Source of the DNA: Clostridiales bacterium
Lineage (GTDB): Bacteria; Bacillota; Clostridia; Oscillospirales; CAG-272
Assembly (NCBI GenBank): GCA_022791685.1
Contig: JAAVZO010000021.1
Span: 93,716-157,715, forward strand
Direction of reading: 5' to 3'
Length of the DNA stretch: 64,000 nucleotides
Shown here: positions 62,085 through 64,000 of the stretch, piece by piece
Layout of the letters: every line of letters begins with the position of its first letter
How positions within the stretch are numbered: position 1 is the stretch's first letter
Translations under genes and position numbers: made by a program
The notes under the pieces: model-generated
The model's input: the letters and a program-made list of their open reading frames with translations, nothing else
Database searches by the model: none
What the model was told of the DNA's origin: nothing

Positions 62085-62550
62085 ATTCTGCCTCCTCCGT
62101 ATCAGCATTATATCCGCCGTTTATCTTTGTAATAAGCCCCTCGCACTGGTCGGCAAGCAGCTCGGTTGAACCGCCGCAGAAGTTCTCGAAACAGTTGAAC
62201 ATAAACTCGATAAGCTCATTGTCACTTATTTTGTCGTGTGTTTCGGTCTTGATATAGTAGAAATTCTCAGTGATCGAGTTGACGATTGCAGCCCAGTCGT
62301 CCTGTGTTGCAAAGGTGGAGCGCGAAAATGCATCGATGAGCTTTCCGACTGCGCCGATACCGATTTCAATGCGCGAATTCTCGTGGAGTGCTCGAGCACG
62401 GGTATGTGCGGCTTCGAGTGCGTCCGCCGGAGATAAAACAAGTCCGCGCGGCTCTGTTTTTTCGTTTAGCTCAAGGATTGCGTCAGCGTCATATTTCGCG
62501 GCGGCTTCACTGAGAGCAGTTGTTCGGGATAGTAATGTGAGTTCGTTCAT
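62056..62550 (-). CDS. Conserved hypothetical protein (DUF6323-like)
   Basis: N..T...GL.LS..DA, RIEIG.G, FYYIK.E..D.ISD.ELI.FM...F...C.G recalled from that family. Confidence 0.65.
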   Translation of the reverse strand: MNELTLLSRTTALSEAAAKYDADAILELNEKTEPRGLVLSPADALEAAHTRARALHENSRIEIGIGAVGKLIDAFSRSTFATQDDWAAIVNSITENFYYIKTETHDKISDNELIEFMFNCFENFCGGSTELLADQCEGLITKINGGYNADTEEAEYGEYADNEL

Positions 62551-62676
62551 GCGATATCTCCTATATGAATAAAATGTAAATAATTGCGGGTTGTACTTGA
62601 CAAATGCTATTGTATGTGATATACTAAGTATAGTAAAATATAAAATGTATTATTTTGCGAAAATGGATATAGAATA

Positions 62677-62705
62677 ATTATACCACTTGACAAGCATATT
62701 GTCAA
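62677..62705 (-). promoter_or_regulatory. Sigma-A promoter of the DUF6323/DUF6179-like operon, embedded in a palindrome
   Basis: Minus strand TTGACA-17-TATAAT overlapping ACCACTTGACAA-N5-TTGTCAAGTGGT. Confidence 0.75.
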
Positions 62706-62753
62706 GTGGTTTTTATTTTATTTATGAATTTTCAGCGGAGATGAGAGTGAAAG

Positions 62754-62928
62754 TTATCAACATACAGTTATCAACATTTTCCACATGGTTGACTGTTGAA
62801 AATGTTGATAATTCTGTCCCGGATCGTGTCACATAATAAGGCTTTAATACAGCTTTTCAACATATAACTGCAGAAACCTGTTATTATGTCAAATTTCATA
62901 TACACGTCTATCAACAGTTTTTTCAACA
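62754..62928. promoter_or_regulatory. DnaA-box cluster
   Basis: TTATCAACA 62754 and 62768, TTTTCCACA 62777, TGTTGAAAA 62794, TGTTGATAA 62803, TTTTCAACA 62854 and 62920, CTATCAACA 62908. Confidence 0.7.
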
Positions 62929-62942
62929 GACGTATTTACATA

Positions 62943-64000
62943 TTACCAGTATTTGCGGTCAAGGCTGCGCAGCTGTATCGCTTCGGCTACGTGCTCTTCA
63001 CGTATTGTATTGCTTTTATCAAGGTCAGCGATTGTCCGTGCCACACGAAGCAGTCGGTCGTAGCCACGCGCTGAAAGTCCAAGCTTGTCGTATGCCATTT
63101 TTATAAGATCAGAGGCTTTCTTTTCGAGTATACAGAGCCTTGATAAATGGTGATTTGTCATATCTGAATTCTTATTTATCATCGGTATGTACGGATCTTC
63201 TGCCGTTAAAGCCGCGAACCGCTCACGTGCAAAGTTCCGTGCTTCATTGACACGCTTGCGTATATCAGCCGAGCATTCACTTTCCTGCGGAACAGAAAGC
63301 TCGTCATATGACAGCGATGATACCTCGACCTGTATGTCGATACGGTCTATCAATGGTCCGCTTATTTTTGCGAGATATTTCTTTATATCCCCTTCTTTGC
63401 AGGTACATTTGCGTGACGAGTGTCCGAAATATCCGCATTTGCAGGGGTTCATTGCAGCTACCAGCATGAATGAACATGGGTAGGTCATTTTACCGGATGT
63501 GCGGGTTATAGTGACGCTTCCATCCTCGAGCGGCTGGCGGAGTGATTCAGTCACGTTTTTATTGAATTCTGGAAGTTCATCAAGAAAGAGTACTCCGTTA
63601 TGCGCGAGCGATATCTCTCCTGGCTGTGGAGTCGTGCCGCCTCCTACAAGACTTGGCGCTGACATTGTGTGATGCGGAGAGCGGAATGGGCGGTGTGTTA
63701 TGAGCGACACTCCCTCAGGAAGGATTCCTGAAATTGAGTGTATCTTAGTTGTCTCTACTGCTTCATCAAAGCTCATTTCAGGAAGGATGGTCGGAATACG
63801 CTTAGCGAGCATTGATTTTCCGGTGCCGGGCGGACCTATAAGAAGTATATTATGCCCTCCGGCAGCTGCGATCTCGAGTGCGCGTTTTACCTTTTCCTGC
63901 CCCTTTACATCAGAAAAATCAAGCTTCGAGCGCCCGATCTTCTCGGTGAACTTTGAGCGGTCGAACACTATCGGCTTCATTGGATGTCTTCCGGTGAAAT
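62943..64000 (-). CDS. comM: YifB/ComM family Mg-chelatase-like AAA+ ATPase, 5' end outside window
   Basis: DFSDVKGQ, GPPGTGKSMLA, RPFRSPHHT, LAHNGVLFLDELPEF, AMNPC.CG, SARG. Confidence 0.9.
   Translation of the reverse strand, partial: FTGRHPMKPIVFDRSKFTEKIGRSKLDFSDVKGQEKVKRALEIAAAGGHNILLIGPPGTGKSMLAKRIPTILPEMSFDEAVETTKIHSISGILPEGVSLITHRPFRSPHHTMSAPSLVGGGTTPQPGEISLAHNGVLFLDELPEFNKNVTESLRQPLEDGSVTITRTSGKMTYPCSFMLVAAMNPCKCGYFGHSSRKCTCKEGDIKKYLAKISGPLIDRIDIQVEVSSLSYDELSVPQESECSADIRKRVNEARNFARERFAALTAEDPYIPMINKNSDMTNHHLSRLCILEKKASDLIKMAYDKLGLSARGYDRLLRVARTIADLDKSNTIREEHVAEAIQLRSLDRKYW

Overview
Chromosomal origin region of a spore-forming Firmicute; gene content and order suggest Clostridia, probably Oscillospirales/Ruminococcaceae-like (inference). 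Core genes: mnmE-jag-yidC-yidD-rnpA-rpmH / dnaA-oriC-dnaN-recF-remB-gyrB-gyrA, recA-recX-rimO-pgsA, an apparently inverted mnmG-rsmG-noc-parA-parB-serS block, two parS sites, spoIIE, nfnAB, glyA, cinA, galK, rlmH, udp, PFOR (nifJ) and the 3' part of a ComM/YifB ATPase. I saw no rRNA, tRNA, CRISPR array or transposase. Most notable: (1) an accessory island at 10.9-14.2 kb with one secreted Cys/His-rich protein followed by three tandem paralogous membrane-anchored genes (conserved ends, variable middles, last copy decayed), resembling an uncharacterised polymorphic effector/immunity cassette array; (2) a complete type I toxin-antitoxin-like locus at 56.85-57.16 kb missed by the ORF track; (3) two DnaA-box clusters outside oriC; (4) a MgsA homolog lacking catalytic residues next to minD; (5) several structured intergenic elements. 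All calls come from reading motifs by eye; no database search was run.
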